NCBI GenBank assembly: GCA_964541675.1
Contig: CAZIPW010000001.1
Coordinates: 1,447 to 65,446, forward strand
DNA: 64,000 nucleotides
Direction of reading: 5' to 3'
From: an uncultured Verrucomicrobiota bacterium
Lineage (GTDB): Bacteria > Verrucomicrobiota > Verrucomicrobiia > CAZIPW01
In this document: piece by piece, positions 1 to 11,264 of the stretch
How the letters are laid out: every line of letters starts with the position of its first letter
How positions within the stretch are numbered: the stretch's first letter is position 1
Program-made: the position numbers and the translations under genes
The notes under the pieces: model-generated
What the model was told of the DNA's origin: nothing
Databases searched by the model: none
What the model saw: the letters and a program-made list of their open reading frames with translations, nothing else

Positions 1-326
1 GCTTTGGCGGATTGGCCTACGGGGGAGGTGGAGGACTGTTTGGGGGCCATAATGTGCCAAAAGAGCGTATGGTTGAAGTGTCCGCCCGCGTTATTGCGGA
101 CGGCAGTCTGCGCTTCGCTTGGAATCTTGTGAAGGCTGAAGAGAAGCTCCTCCATTTCCATGTCGGCAAAGGGGAGCGCGGCCTCTTCGGACAACGCCTT
201 GTTGAGATTGTCCACATAAGCCTGGTGGTGCTTGGTGTGGTGAATCTCCATGGTCTTGGCGTCGATGTGGGGCTCTAGCGCGTCATAAGAGTAAGGGAGA
301 ATGGGTAATTTATGAATTTTGGCCAT
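1..326 (-). CDS. sodA: Fe/Mn superoxide dismutase, 5' part (runs off the window)
   Basis: Manual translation from ATG 326: [44 protein letters not shown]...[14 protein letters not shown], the classic SOD N-terminus. Confidence 0.93.
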   Translation of the reverse strand, partial: MAKIHKLPILPYSYDALEPHIDAKTMEIHHTKHHQAYVDNLNKALSEEAALPFADMEMEELLFSLHKIPSEAQTAVRNNAGGHFNHTLFWHIMAPKQSSTSPVGQSAK

Positions 327-399
327 AAATATATCTTTTGGTTGGGTTAAGTGTGGCTGATAGCCTCCAAGAGTCAAGCCGGGAAATGCGGGGCAAAAT

Positions 400-2115
400 C
401 TACATCCTCTTTACTGTTTTGAGTCCCAGCAGATGAAGGCCGGTCTCCAGTACAAGGAGCGTCTTTTGAGCGAGCAGGAGCCTGCGATTCTGAATCTCCG
501 CCGGTTGCCCCTGAATGTGATCGGTATTGTAGAAGGCGCTGAAGGCCCCCGAAAGCTCGTAGAGATAGGTGGCAATGTAGTGGGGCCTCATATCGCTACT
601 GGCCAATTCAACAATAGTCGGCATCTGGATGAGCTTTTTGGCCAGGGCCATCTCATTGGGGGTCTCAAAGCTGGAGGCCGCATGGATTTCTTCTGCGGGC
701 GAACGTCCCAGCTTTTCAAACAGGCTGTAGATGCGGGCGACCGCGTAAAGCAGGTACGGGGCGGTGTTGCCGTCAAAGGAGAGCATTTTGTTCCAATCAA
801 ATACGTAATCGCTTGTGCGGTTCTGCGAGATGTCGGCATAACGGATTGCTCCTATGCCAATGACTTCCGCGAGTTTTTTCTTTTCCTCCGGGGGAAGCTC
901 TGGGCTCTTCTCTGCCACCACCTTGGTTGCTCTGGCAATGGCTTCTCCAAAGAGCTCATAAAGCTTGATCGACTCGCCGCCTCTGGTTTTAAAGGGTTTT
1001 CCATCGCTTCCCAATACGGCACCGTGCTGGATGTGATGGAACTGGGGGAGACGATATCCCTTGCCCTTGAACCATTTCTGGGTAGTAATCCAGAGCTGTT
1101 CGAAGTGATCAGATTGTCGGGCGTCGGTTACGATATAGATGTTGTGGTAGTCGAGCACCTCAACACGATAAATCATAGTGGCCAAATCGGTGGATCCGTA
1201 ATTGGCGGCTCCGTCGCTTTTTCTGATGATGAAAGGCTGTTCCTTGAAACGCGGGTGCTCGGGGTGAAAAACAACTAGTGCGCCATCGTCCAACTTGGCA
1301 ATTCCGAGTTCCGTGAGTTCCTTATAGACCCTCTCCAGTTTGTCATTGTAGAAGCTCTCTCCCAGATGGGTGTCGTAGCTGATTCCGTATATCTCGTGAA
1401 CCTCCTTCATGGCCGCCATATTGGCCGCTAGGATCTTCTTCCAGAGCGCCATGTTCTCCGGATCTCCCGCCTGCATTTTGGCAGTTTCGGCGCGGACGGC
1501 ATCCTGTATTGTGGGATCATCTTTTGCCTCGGCATTGGCCTTTTTGTACAGCTCCTCAATGATGGCCAGGGAACGAGGGTCGTTCTCATCAAAGGTTGTC
1601 TTGGTTTTCTTGAGCGCGTAGATGATGTACCCGAAGGTCGTTCCCCAGTCTCCGATATGGTTGTCCTTGTGAAGTTTTGCCCCGCAGAACTCCATCAGCC
1701 GACAAAGGACATCACCAAGGTTATGTGTCCTAAAATGCCCCACGTGCATATGTTTGCCGACATTGGGGCTTCCGAAATCAATCAGAATTTTTTCTCCTTG
1801 GAGATTTTTGGGTGAGAGATCGGCGGAGATTCGGATGTTTTCGAGGGTTTCCACCAGCGCCACCGGTGTGTAGCTGAAATTGACAAATCCCGGCCCGGCA
1901 ATGCTGGTTGTAATCTTCTTCTTGTCGATCTCAAGGGCGTCCACAAGCTTCTGCGCCACCTCGCGCGGATTCATGCCGTGGCTTTTGGCGTAGGCCAGGG
2001 CTCCGTTGAGCTGCAGGTCGCCAAACTTGGGCTCGGCGAGCTTCAGAGACGTGAAAAATGTTTCGTCGAAGCCCGCTTTCTTGACAGCGGCGGCTATTGT
2101 CTCGGCAAGATTCAT
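400..2115 (-). CDS. argS: Arginine--tRNA ligase
   Basis: [24 protein letters not shown] (HIGH-like), [14 protein letters not shown] motifs; start chosen 6 nt after a TAGGAT -10 box. Confidence 0.97.
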   Translation of the reverse strand: MNLAETIAAAVKKAGFDETFFTSLKLAEPKFGDLQLNGALAYAKSHGMNPREVAQKLVDALEIDKKKITTSIAGPGFVNFSYTPVALVETLENIRISADLSPKNLQGEKILIDFGSPNVGKHMHVGHFRTHNLGDVLCRLMEFCGAKLHKDNHIGDWGTTFGYIIYALKKTKTTFDENDPRSLAIIEELYKKANAEAKDDPTIQDAVRAETAKMQAGDPENMALWKKILAANMAAMKEVHEIYGISYDTHLGESFYNDKLERVYKELTELGIAKLDDGALVVFHPEHPRFKEQPFIIRKSDGAANYGSTDLATMIYRVEVLDYHNIYIVTDARQSDHFEQLWITTQKWFKGKGYRLPQFHHIQHGAVLGSDGKPFKTRGGESIKLYELFGEAIARATKVVAEKSPELPPEEKKKLAEVIGIGAIRYADISQNRTSDYVFDWNKMLSFDGNTAPYLLYAVARIYSLFEKLGRSPAEEIHAASSFETPNEMALAKKLIQMPTIVELASSDMRPHYIATYLYELSGAFSAFYNTDHIQGQPAEIQNRRLLLAQKTLLVLETGLHLLGLKTVKRM

Positions 2116-2195
2116 GCGCACATCCTACTACCGCATCCTCCATTTCTCAATCGATTTCTGATTGCCCGTGATCCCCAAACAATATCCAATAGGAT

Positions 2196-2882
2196 ATGGC
2201 AGAATCGGGACGCCTTATTCTCATCTCGACTCCTCTGGGGAATCTGGGGGAGTTTCCCTCGCGCGCGGTGGAAGTCTTGAAGGGCGCAAACAGGATATAC
2301 TGTGAGAATACCCCAAAAGCTCTGAAGCTCTTCAATTATTTTGCGATAGAGGGCAAGGGTCTGCGGGTGATACACGAGGCCAACGAGGCCCAATCTTCGG
2401 AACGCGTGGCATTGGAAGTGGCAGGAGGAGCCGTGGTTGCTTATTTGAGCGAGGCCGGAGTGCCTGGAATATGCGATCCGGGCTTTCGGCTGGTGCGCGA
2501 ATGCCGCAAACGCGGCCTCAGGGTGGAGGCGGTTGGGGTTCCCTCCGCCTTCCTCAACGCGATTGTTATTAGCGGGTTGCCAACCGATTCTTTTGCCTTC
2601 GGCGGGTTTCCTCCGCCCAAGTCAGTCGGTCGGGGAAAGTTCTTCGCGCAATATTGCCAAGGGGAGAGTACCTTTGTCTTTTACGAGTCCTGCCACAGGC
2701 TTTTGAAATCAATGGAAGATTTGCGGTCGGTGGTGGGTGAGAATCGTTTTGTGTGCTTGGCTGGGGAGCTGACCAAGCTGCACGAGTCTGTCCAGACCGC
2801 CCCCCTGGGTGAAATAAAATTGCCGGCCGATCCCAAAGGCGAATGGGTTGTTTGTGTGGCCAAAAAAGGCTATATGCTATAG
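2196..2882 (+). CDS. rsmI: 16S rRNA (cytidine1402-2'-O)-methyltransferase
   Basis: LILISTPLGNLGE, SEAGVPGICDPG, FYESCHRL, GELTKLHE motifs. Confidence 0.93.
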   Translation: MAESGRLILISTPLGNLGEFPSRAVEVLKGANRIYCENTPKALKLFNYFAIEGKGLRVIHEANEAQSSERVALEVAGGAVVAYLSEAGVPGICDPGFRLVRECRKRGLRVEAVGVPSAFLNAIVISGLPTDSFAFGGFPPPKSVGRGKFFAQYCQGESTFVFYESCHRLLKSMEDLRSVVGENRFVCLAGELTKLHESVQTAPLGEIKLPADPKGEWVVCVAKKGYML

Positions 2883-3073
2883 TCTATCGTTGGATGTTTA
2901 CAGAGGGGTCTTTTTGTTGCTAAAAACGCACAGACTTTCTGGCATATACCTGTTTTACTGTCGAGAGGCTGGCCCCAACATGACTCCGCAACTGCCATAA
3001 ACAGTTTTCGTGTGGTTACAATGTGTGTGGGTGTACTGGGAGGAGTTGGGTAACTCATGCCTTAATGATGGCG

Positions 3074-3997
3074 CTAAAATGGACCCTTGTCAAACAGGTT
3101 CTTGAATACCTTCATGTCCTTCGGTATCGGGGCAACGATCTCCATTTTTTTATTAAGGAATGGATGTTCAAAAATAGCCTTGTGCGCGTGCAGGAGGATG
3201 CGTCCATCATAGGTTCCCCTGTAGCCGTAAGAAGTATCTCCAAGAACCGGATACCCCAAGTGCGACAGGTGCACCCTGGCTTGATGGGTGCGCCCGGTGT
3301 GCAGATGGCACTTTAAGAGCGCGATGCCGTGTTCTTCGTCCAGTGCCAACCTATCCCAATCGGTGCGGGCCTCTTTCCCGCCTTCCGAGATGCACATTCT
3401 CATCGGGTTGCGCGGCGAGCGTCCAATCGGTTCATTGACGGAACCGGCCAGCAGATCGGGGCATCCGCGGACGATGGCCAGATATTCCTTCTGTATCTGG
3501 CGTTTGGCAAAGATCTCCTTGAGAGCCTGAAAACTCTTCTCGGTCTTGGCTATCAGCAGTACGCCGGTAGTCTCTTTATCAAGCCTGTGGACAATGCAGG
3601 GCCGGTCCGGAGTGCCTATCTTTCGGGACTTCTCGCCCAGGTAGGCCAGAATGCCGTGCGCGATGGTGGTCTGTTCGTCGTCCTGCGAGACTGGATGTAC
3701 CGCGATCCCGGGGGCTTTGTTGATGGCTAAAATTGTTTTGTCCTCGTAGAGCACATTGAAAGGCACCTTGCGGGCATCGAGAGGCCTGGAGAGAGTGTCG
3801 GGATGAGGAAACTCAAAAACCTCTCCGGGGGTAGCCGTGTGGCTTTTGGGAATGGGATCTCCTTCCAGCATGACCTGTTCGTTCTCAAACAACTTCTGGA
3901 GTTTTGTGCGGCTGACCGCAGGGAACGCCAAAGCAATGATCTTGTCGGCGCGAAGATCCTTCTGTTCGGGGCTGACGGTTATTGAAACAAGAGGCAT
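3074..3997 (-). CDS. rluD: RluA-family pseudouridine synthase (RluD-like, with S4 domain)
   Basis: IVHRLDKETTGVLL catalytic motif, GRTHQARVH, LGDTSYG. Confidence 0.9.
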   Translation of the reverse strand: MPLVSITVSPEQKDLRADKIIALAFPAVSRTKLQKLFENEQVMLEGDPIPKSHTATPGEVFEFPHPDTLSRPLDARKVPFNVLYEDKTILAINKAPGIAVHPVSQDDEQTTIAHGILAYLGEKSRKIGTPDRPCIVHRLDKETTGVLLIAKTEKSFQALKEIFAKRQIQKEYLAIVRGCPDLLAGSVNEPIGRSPRNPMRMCISEGGKEARTDWDRLALDEEHGIALLKCHLHTGRTHQARVHLSHLGYPVLGDTSYGYRGTYDGRILLHAHKAIFEHPFLNKKMEIVAPIPKDMKVFKNLFDKGPF

Positions 3998-3999
3998 TC

Positions 4000-4383
4000 C
4001 TATTCTTTCCAGTCAAGAACCTTGTTTTTGACCTGATAGGCCACCCCAAGTGTCAGGAGCCCGATGAAGATGATGCCAGAGGCAAGCAAATTGTGCCCGG
4101 CGGCGGCAGCAGCCTTGAAGGACATCGCCCAGGGAATCAGAAAAGCCAGGGTTATGTCTATGAGAATGAAAAGAAGCGCTGCCTTGTAGAACCAGAGAGG
4201 GAAAGGCCCGATATCACCGGGGGTAGTTTGGATGCCACACTCGTAGGGAGTATCTTTGGTTTTTTGGGAATGACCGCGCTGTCCCAACAAATAACTGACG
4301 GTTGGAATAAGAAGAGCCAGAGCCGTGGCGAAGACAAATTGGACAGCTATCTGGAGCATGACAGCATTATGACCTTGGGACAT
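4000..4383 (-). CDS. nuoA: NADH-quinone oxidoreductase subunit A (divergent, solitary)
   Basis: Three TM segments, PYECG loop, FY..ALLFILID...FLIPWA, C-terminal LDW; start uncertain (4383 or 4428). Confidence 0.85.
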   Translation of the reverse strand: MSQGHNAVMLQIAVQFVFATALALLIPTVSYLLGQRGHSQKTKDTPYECGIQTTPGDIGPFPLWFYKAALLFILIDITLAFLIPWAMSFKAAAAAGHNLLASGIIFIGLLTLGVAYQVKNKVLDWKE

Positions 4384-4445
4384 CCTTTTGGCCAGTTCAT
4401 TTTTGGCTGTACGAGTGGCGTTCAGCACAATAGACTGTCGTTCTT

Positions 4446-5786
4446 ATGAAAATCTGCTGTATAGGCGCTGGTTATGTAGGTGGACCGACCATGGCCGTAA
4501 TGGCTTTGAAGAACCCAAAAGATACCTTTACGGTTGTGGATGTCAATGCCGACAGGATCGCGGACTGGAACAGCGATCGGCTTCCGGTCTATGAGCCGGG
4601 ACTCAAGGAGGTGGTTGAGTCCTGTCGTGGCAAAAATCTCTTTTTCAGCACGGATACGGAGAAGGCGATCATTGCCGCTGACATCATATTCATGAGCGTC
4701 AACACCCCGACGAAGACCTACGGCGTCGGAGCGGGCAAGGCGGCGGATCTGAAGTATGTTGAGCTGTGCGCGCGCAAGATCTCCGAGGTCTCCACGGGGC
4801 ACAAGATTGTGGTGGAGAAAAGCACACTGCCCGTAAGGACTGCTGAAAGCATCAGGCGTATTTTAAGCGCCGGGCCCAACGCGGGTAATTTTCAGGTGCT
4901 TAGCAATCCCGAGTTTATGGCTGAAGGAACAGCGGTGCAGGATCTCCTTGAGCCGGACAGGGTCCTGATAGGAGGGGATACGACTCCCGAGGGACGCGCC
5001 GCGGTTGACAAGGTGGCCAAGATCTACGCTGCATGGGTGCCCGCCGACAGGATACTGAAGACGAATCTGTGGTCCAGCGAGCTGAGCAAGCTGGCCGCCA
5101 ATGCATTTCTAGCCCAGCGCGTCAGCTCAATCAACGCGCTTTCGGCTTTGTGCGAGGCCACGGGAGCGGATATCGATGAAGTGGCGCGTGCGGTCGGCCG
5201 CGACAGTCGCATAGGACCCAAGTTCTTGAAGGCCAGCATTGGCTTTGGCGGCTCCTGCTTCCAGAAGGATATTCTGAATCTGGTATATCTGTGTGAGCAC
5301 TTTGGGCTCAAAGAGGTTGCCGAGTATTGGGAGCAGGTGATACGTCTCAACGATTACCAGAGAAAGCGTCTGTCCCAAAAGATCCTGACCAAACTCTTTG
5401 ATACCCTGAGCGGCAAGAAAATAGCGCTTTTGGGATTTGCCTTTAAGAAAGACACCAATGATACACGCGAGTCCCCTGCCATATATCTGGCCAGGGATCT
5501 AGCCTCCGAACAGGCCGAGGTGGTTGTCTATGACCCGAAGGTGGAGCCTGAGAAGATACTTTCGCTGTGCCCCAACGCGTCAGTGGCGCTCTCGCCGTAC
5601 CGCGCAACCGATGGGGCCCACGCGATTGTGATATGCACCGAATGGGATGAGTTCAAAACTCTCGATTACAAAAAGATATTCGCGGGGATGCCCCGGCCGG
5701 CTTTCATCTTTGATGGCAGGAATATCCTGGATCTGGAAGCCCTTCGCAAGATCGGCTTTGAAACGCAGGGGGTAGGCAAGGGATAG
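4446..5786 (+). CDS. ugd: UDP-glucose 6-dehydrogenase
   Basis: [48 protein letters not shown]. Confidence 0.97.
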   Translation: MKICCIGAGYVGGPTMAVMALKNPKDTFTVVDVNADRIADWNSDRLPVYEPGLKEVVESCRGKNLFFSTDTEKAIIAADIIFMSVNTPTKTYGVGAGKAADLKYVELCARKISEVSTGHKIVVEKSTLPVRTAESIRRILSAGPNAGNFQVLSNPEFMAEGTAVQDLLEPDRVLIGGDTTPEGRAAVDKVAKIYAAWVPADRILKTNLWSSELSKLAANAFLAQRVSSINALSALCEATGADIDEVARAVGRDSRIGPKFLKASIGFGGSCFQKDILNLVYLCEHFGLKEVAEYWEQVIRLNDYQRKRLSQKILTKLFDTLSGKKIALLGFAFKKDTNDTRESPAIYLARDLASEQAEVVVYDPKVEPEKILSLCPNASVALSPYRATDGAHAIVICTEWDEFKTLDYKKIFAGMPRPAFIFDGRNILDLEALRKIGFETQGVGKG

Positions 5787-5833
5787 CCATCTGGCGTATT
5801 TGACAATCTGCCGTATTGTGTCCTGATATAGCC

Positions 5834-6334
5834 ATGTCGTACAATGTCATCATCCGGGGGTCGGCTGGCGTGGGAAAGACCAGCATTGCCAAAAGACTGG
5901 CTGGACTCATAAGCGGCTATCATATTTCTTTCGATGAGATTATGCGCCTGCACAAGCTTGACAGGGTTTCGCCGGAAGATGGCTGTATCCCACTTGATAA
6001 TTTTATCCGTGGCAACGAGTTTGCGCTTGGCAGTGTGTCCGGACTCAATGCTTTCTCAATTCCCGTGATCTTTGACGGATGTTTCTACCACAAAGAGCAG
6101 CTGGATCATCTCTTAAAGAGACTGGACGGGACGATCTATGTATTTTCCCTGGTTGCGCCCGTGGAAGAGTGCGTGGCACGCGATAGTGGGCGTTCGGATC
6201 CGATTGGCGAGGAGTCAGTCCGGGCGGTTCACAGCCTGACCTCCGCTTTTGAGGTCGGCAGGGTGATCAATACCCTTCAAAAAACGGTCGACTCGGTTGT
6301 ACACGAGATGCTGGGGCTAATTGGAAAACGATAA
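5834..6334 (+). CDS. Small P-loop NTPase / nucleotide-kinase-like (AAA_33-type) protein
   Basis: Walker A GSAGVGKT, VIFDG, CVARDSGR. Confidence 0.75.
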   Translation: MSYNVIIRGSAGVGKTSIAKRLAGLISGYHISFDEIMRLHKLDRVSPEDGCIPLDNFIRGNEFALGSVSGLNAFSIPVIFDGCFYHKEQLDHLLKRLDGTIYVFSLVAPVEECVARDSGRSDPIGEESVRAVHSLTSAFEVGRVINTLQKTVDSVVHEMLGLIGKR

Positions 6335-7129
6335 CAGTTTCTGCCAGAGCTCCGTATGTATCTCCTCCGCCCGCGCGGTTGGCTTGATTTTGCCGGAAGC
6401 GACAAGCTCCTGGAACCATCCGGCGCTCCGCGGGTCGGCTTCGGCGGCCTTCCTGAGCTGTTTGCGGCGATTGAGAAACAAGCTCCGTACCAGCCGTTGG
6501 ACTTCCGGAGGGAAGATGACGGGATTTTCCCTGAGGGTGTAGTGGACAATGACGGAGTCCACGGCGGGTGGCGGGAAGAAGCATTTTCGTCCCACATAGT
6601 GAGCGATGCCTCCCTCATAGGCCGACTGTAGGAAGATCGAGATGGCGGAGAAAGCCTTGCCTGAGCTGGCCGAATAACGCTCGGCAAGCTCGCGCTGGAC
6701 CATAAGTGTCATGGAACGGGGAAGTCCCCAAAGGAATCTCTCCAACAGTGGGGTGGCGACAGAGTAGGGGAGATTGGCGACAATCTTATAGTCGCGCCCG
6801 AAAGCTGCATAATCGACCTGGGTGGCGTCTTCACTGATGATCTTGAACTGCCCTGATTTGAGGTTTCCTGCGAAGGTGTCCTCCAGATACGGCAGCAGAT
6901 GCGTATCGCGCTCAATGGATGTCAACTTTGCCCCGGTGGCCAGGAGAGCAGAGGTGAGAGTCCCCAGCCCCGGGCCGATCTCGACAACGTTTTCGCCGGG
7001 CTTGAGCTGCGCGATCGCGACCGACTTCTCGACGATATTCTTATCCACGAGAAAGTTCTGCCCGAACGATTTGTTGGGATTGTGCCCGAGCTTTTTGAGC
7101 GTGTCGAGGGTCTCTTTTAATGTTAGCAT
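6317..7129 (-). CDS. rsmA: 16S rRNA adenine dimethyltransferase
   Basis: KSFGQNFL, VVEIGPGLG, VANLPY, FFPPPAVDS. Confidence 0.95.
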   Translation of the reverse strand: MLTLKETLDTLKKLGHNPNKSFGQNFLVDKNIVEKSVAIAQLKPGENVVEIGPGLGTLTSALLATGAKLTSIERDTHLLPYLEDTFAGNLKSGQFKIISEDATQVDYAAFGRDYKIVANLPYSVATPLLERFLWGLPRSMTLMVQRELAERYSASSGKAFSAISIFLQSAYEGGIAHYVGRKCFFPPPAVDSVIVHYTLRENPVIFPPEVQRLVRSLFLNRRKQLRKAAEADPRSAGWFQELVASGKIKPTARAEEIHTELWQKLLSFSN

Positions 7130-7135
7130 TGCCTT

Positions 7136-8257
7136 GTGCGCTTTGAGCTTACCAAAACCGACGACAAAACCCAAGCCCGCGCTGGAGTGATGACTCTTCC
7201 CCACGGGGAAGTCAAAACCCCTGTCTTTATGCCGGTGGGAACCCAGGGGACGGTCAAGGGGTGCCTGCCGGACGCGCTTGAGAAGATGGACGTACAGATT
7301 TTATTGGGGAATACCTATCATCTGCTTCTGCGTCCGGGGACCGAGCGGCTCGAGAATCTTGGGGGCCTCCATAAATTCATGGGCTGGAATCGTCCGATTC
7401 TTACCGATAGTGGCGGCTTTCAGGTCTTTTCACTGGCCAAGCTCGTCAAAATTGACAGAGATGGGGTCAATTTTCAAAGCCATCTGGATGGTCATCAGAT
7501 GCGGCTGACTCCGGAAAGCGTAATGCTGGCGCAGCGCCAGATCGGAAGCGATATTGGCATGGTGCTGGATGTCTGCCCTCCGGGGAAAGCGGAAGAACCC
7601 GAGGTTGCCGAGGCTGTGAGAACAACCATTGAGTGGGCGCGGACGGCTCGAATGGTTAAAGAAAGACCGGCGAATGTCTTTGGTATTGTGCAAGGCGGGC
7701 GGTTTCCCCATCTACGTGAGAAGTGCGCAGGGGAACTCATAAAGCTGGACTTTGACGGCTACGCGATAGGGGGAGTGGCGGTGGGAGAGCCCGAGGAGGA
7801 TATCCTCGCGCAGACGCGCCTGACAGCTCCACTGCTTCCTGCCGATAAACCCCGTTACGCGATGGGAATTGGAGAACCAACTCAGCTCTTGGAGATGATC
7901 TCGCATGGAGTTGATATGTTTGACTGCGTCATTCCCACCCGCGAGGCCAGACACGGGATAGCCTATACGAATTTGGGCAGGCTCAACTTGAAAAACGAAA
8001 AATACAAGGAGGATCTCTCGCCGCTTGATCCCAACGTGATTTCTCCCGCCAGCTCTTTCTCCCGCGCTTATATTCGCCACTTAATCGTGAGCGATGAGCT
8101 TTTGGGGCTGATACTGCTGAGCTATCACAACATCGCCTTCTTTATGGGACTGATGAAGAAAGCGCGTGCAGCGATTATTGACGGAACTTTCTCAGAGTGG
8201 AAGAATGCTTGGATAAAAGGCTTTTGCGCTAGGCCACCTGAGGCACAAAGCACTTAA
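7136..8257 (+). CDS. tgt: tRNA-guanine transglycosylase
   Basis: TPVFMPVGT, TDSGGFQVFSL, GIVQGG, DMFDCVIPTR; C-terminal Zn-binding Cys residues not obvious. Confidence 0.97.
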   Translation: MRFELTKTDDKTQARAGVMTLPHGEVKTPVFMPVGTQGTVKGCLPDALEKMDVQILLGNTYHLLLRPGTERLENLGGLHKFMGWNRPILTDSGGFQVFSLAKLVKIDRDGVNFQSHLDGHQMRLTPESVMLAQRQIGSDIGMVLDVCPPGKAEEPEVAEAVRTTIEWARTARMVKERPANVFGIVQGGRFPHLREKCAGELIKLDFDGYAIGGVAVGEPEEDILAQTRLTAPLLPADKPRYAMGIGEPTQLLEMISHGVDMFDCVIPTREARHGIAYTNLGRLNLKNEKYKEDLSPLDPNVISPASSFSRAYIRHLIVSDELLGLILLSYHNIAFFMGLMKKARAAIIDGTFSEWKNAWIKGFCARPPEAQST

Positions 8258-9002
8258 GACGCCTTAGTTCCTGCTGCAAGGCTTTGGGCTGCATACCGGC
8301 TTGGTCTTGTACCCCAAGAACCCTTGAGATAAAACTTCTTGAAATGGTACTAACAACAGCGCACGCGCCGCCTGCATACAGGGTTTGTGCGTTGTCTGTT
8401 GTATTTAGAACCCCGATGGCGTGCATACCTGCATTTCTTAGCGCCAGAATGCCTTTGGCTGTGTCTTCTATGCCCACAACCTCGTCGGGACTGATATTCC
8501 TTTGCAAAGCGGCATTCAAACGTTCGAGCCCTTTGTTGAAAAGCGCCGGGTCGGGTTTGGACGGCAATTTATCTGAGGCTGTTGCCATGATACTTAAATG
8601 ACGCATCAGTCTTGGGTGTCCGCGAAAATACTGTTGGACTTCTTCCCTTTCAGATCCGGTGGCCAGAAACATTGGTATTTTCCGCTGCCCCAGGCATTGC
8701 ACAAGACCAGCCACATACGGATAGATTTTGGGAGGATTTGTCTCCATCCGCGTTTTCATTTCAGATTCTTTCTCCTTTACTAAACCCTCCAAGTAAATTT
8801 CGCGTAAGCCCTGCCAACCAGTTATTTCACTAAAAAACCTTGTGTCGTCATAACTGATAAGACCCTTTGATACATATGTTCCCCAATCAATGGCCGGTAA
8901 ATTGTGTCGCGAGAGTACGGCGTTAAACGCGTCAAAGTGCGTTTGGTCGGAATCTACGAGCGTTCCGTCAACGTCAAAGGCAATGGCTTTAATGAGTCCC
9001 AT
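8229..9002 (-). CDS. HAD-family phosphatase
   Basis: FDVDGTLVDS motif I, SKPDP, GIEDT..G motifs. Confidence 0.85.
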   Translation of the reverse strand: MGLIKAIAFDVDGTLVDSDQTHFDAFNAVLSRHNLPAIDWGTYVSKGLISYDDTRFFSEITGWQGLREIYLEGLVKEKESEMKTRMETNPPKIYPYVAGLVQCLGQRKIPMFLATGSEREEVQQYFRGHPRLMRHLSIMATASDKLPSKPDPALFNKGLERLNAALQRNISPDEVVGIEDTAKGILALRNAGMHAIGVLNTTDNAQTLYAGGACAVVSTISRSFISRVLGVQDQAGMQPKALQQELRRLKCFVPQVA

Positions 9003-9102
9003 ATAAAGGTACGATAATACAAGCGGATGCATGAAATATCAAGTTTTTAATACCGCTATAGATAAATTTGCCATGTTCAAAGAGATGTTCGATAATTGGG
9101 CC

Positions 9103-10035
9103 ATGCGTATTTTAGTCACCGGCGGAGCCGGGTTTCTGGGTTCGCATTTGTGCGAGCGGCTTCTGCGGGAAGGCCACAAAGTCACGGTTTTGGACAGCCT
9201 CCAGACGGGGAGCCTCCGGAATATCGCGCATCTGAAGAAAAACATGGCTTTTGAGTTCATCAAGGGAGACGTTACCGAACGTTACCAACTCAGTGCCGAC
9301 TGGATCTTCAATATGGCCTGTCCGGCCTCTCCGGTCCAATATCAGAAGAATCCCCTCAAGACAATTTCCACAAGCCTGCTGGGCATGGACAACGCCTGCC
9401 GCTGCGCGATACAGAATGGCGGCAGGGTACTGCAGGCATCCACCAGCGAGATCTATGGTGATCCGACAGTCCATCCCCAGCCGGAGAGCTATTGGGGACA
9501 CGTCAATACGCTCGGACCCCGCGCCTGCTATGACGAGGGCAAGCGCGCATCGGAGACGCTCTGCATGGAGTACAACCGCCAACTGGGACTTGATGTAAGG
9601 ATCGCGCGGATCTTCAACACCTATGGTCCCCGCATGGCGCTCGATGATGGCAGGGTGGTCTCCAATTTTATCATACAAGCCCTCAAAAACAGACCCATTA
9701 CCGTCTATGGCCAGGGCCGGCAGACGCGTTCATTCTGTTATGTCGACGATTTGATAGAGGGAATTCTGCGCATGATGAAACAGAAAAAGACGGTCGGACC
9801 GGTCAATATCGGGAATCCCGGTGAATTCACGATCCTGGAGCTGGCCGAGGCGGTCTTGGAGCTGACGAAGAGCCGCTCGAAGATCATCTTCAAGCCCCTG
9901 CCTGCCGACGATCCCCGCCAGAGATGTCCCGATATCAGTCTGGCCAGGAAAGTTCTCGGAGGTTGGAGGCCGAAGGTTCAGCTGAGGGAGGGTCTGGAAA
10001 AGACCATAGCGTATTTCAAGGGCGTGCTAAGGTAG
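9103..10035 (+). CDS. UDP-glucuronate decarboxylase (UDP-xylose synthase), SDR family
   Basis: [54 protein letters not shown]. Confidence 0.92.
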   Translation: MRILVTGGAGFLGSHLCERLLREGHKVTVLDSLQTGSLRNIAHLKKNMAFEFIKGDVTERYQLSADWIFNMACPASPVQYQKNPLKTISTSLLGMDNACRCAIQNGGRVLQASTSEIYGDPTVHPQPESYWGHVNTLGPRACYDEGKRASETLCMEYNRQLGLDVRIARIFNTYGPRMALDDGRVVSNFIIQALKNRPITVYGQGRQTRSFCYVDDLIEGILRMMKQKKTVGPVNIGNPGEFTILELAEAVLELTKSRSKIIFKPLPADDPRQRCPDISLARKVLGGWRPKVQLREGLEKTIAYFKGVLR

Positions 10036-10039
10036 CCTT

Positions 10040-10060
10040 GCCATCGGTTTCAATCGGTGG
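10040..10060. repeat. REP-like hairpin GCCATCGG-TTTCAA-TCGGTGG
   Basis: 20/21 identical to the reverse complement of 18732-18752; lies just after a stop codon. Confidence 0.7.
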
Positions 10061-10068
10061 TGACGGTT

Positions 10069-10671
10069 TTACTCGCTCTTCAATGTTGGTTCAAAGACGC
10101 GTTCCATCTTTCCTTTTTCAAGCTTGATCACCTCGCTGTTGCCGAATATCCCCCTCGGGCGGATCGGTTCATTCAAGAGATCGAAGGATTGCAGAAACTC
10201 CAGAATAAACGCGGTTCCCGATCCCCCGTGCAGGACAATCAGGGTGGGAGAGGGACTCTCCGGCAGCTTTTCGTCAATGAAGGCGCGCAGCCGCGTACGC
10301 AACATCCCGGCCGATTCACCCCCCGGATGCGCCAGATCGGGATGCTTCGCGAGGTTCCTCACCGAGAATGTCTCTCCCATCTCTTTGAAGGGAACGCCCT
10401 CGTATATCCCGCAATGGATCTCCCTTAGCCGCCCGTCAAACTCCACGGGTATGCCCGGAAGATACAAGGCCTCAAGGGTCTTGCGGGTGCGGCCCTGTGG
10501 CGAGCAGAAGATCCTTTTTATGCCTTTGTCCCTTAAAAAGATTCCGGCCTGCCTTGATTGTTCATAGCCCTCGGGGAGCAGATTGCTCTCAAAACCGGCT
10601 CCGGCGACTATCTCGTCCCGGTTGGCATCGGTGAAGCCGTGGCGAATGAGGTAGAGGACAGGGTAGGTCAT
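10069..10671 (-). CDS. Histidine phosphatase family protein
   Basis: LYLIRHG, FCSPQGRTRKT, LREIHCGIYEG, GGES, VLHGG. Confidence 0.88.
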   Translation of the reverse strand: MTYPVLYLIRHGFTDANRDEIVAGAGFESNLLPEGYEQSRQAGIFLRDKGIKRIFCSPQGRTRKTLEALYLPGIPVEFDGRLREIHCGIYEGVPFKEMGETFSVRNLAKHPDLAHPGGESAGMLRTRLRAFIDEKLPESPSPTLIVLHGGSGTAFILEFLQSFDLLNEPIRPRGIFGNSEVIKLEKGKMERVFEPTLKSE

Positions 10672-11231
10672 TCCTCCTCCTGCCAGCGCGGCGAAAGGCT
10701 GTTTTCAATCCCCATGTGATCCAGAACGCGTCCCACGACGCTGTCAAAAACGGCGGTGAGGTTCTGCGGTCTATGGTAGAAAGACGGATTGGCCGGCAGA
10801 ATCGTGGCACCCGTGAGCAGGAGCAGCTCGAAGTTTCTGACGTGTACCAGGCTCAAGGGGGTTTCCCTCGGGAGAAGGATGAGCTTCTTTTTCTCCTTCA
10901 AGGTCACGTCTGCAGCCCGCAGAAGCAGATCGGAGCTGATGCCGTGGGCGATCCGCCCGAGAGTACCCATTGTGCAGGGAATGACAACCATCGCGTCCGC
11001 GGGATTCGAGCCACTCGCGAAGGGGGCGTTCATGCTTTTGATGTTGTGAACGGTTGCTTTGGCAGGAATTTTGAGTCCGCCTGGGATCTCTTCGCTTAAA
11101 ACCGCCTGCGCGTAATTGCTCAGAATAACGTGCAGCTCGTGCCTGGCGGTATCGAGGTTATCGAGCAGCCGCTGCGCGTACATACTTCCGCTTGCTCCCG
11201 TGATGGCCACGACAATCTTCATGGAAGTCAT
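10668..11231 (-). CDS. ubiX: Flavin prenyltransferase
   Basis: VAITGASG, ASGS, PCTMGTL, LLRAADV.LKE, PRETP, PSFY. Confidence 0.95.
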   Translation of the reverse strand: MTSMKIVVAITGASGSMYAQRLLDNLDTARHELHVILSNYAQAVLSEEIPGGLKIPAKATVHNIKSMNAPFASGSNPADAMVVIPCTMGTLGRIAHGISSDLLLRAADVTLKEKKKLILLPRETPLSLVHVRNFELLLLTGATILPANPSFYHRPQNLTAVFDSVVGRVLDHMGIENSLSPRWQEEE

Positions 11232-11264
11232 TATGAACCAAGAAGTGCTTTTAGCGATTCCAAA

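Noticed and set aside
2870-3058. 62-aa ORF between rsmI and rluD
   Set aside because: Short, no motif, overlaps the rsmI end; cannot be supported as a gene.
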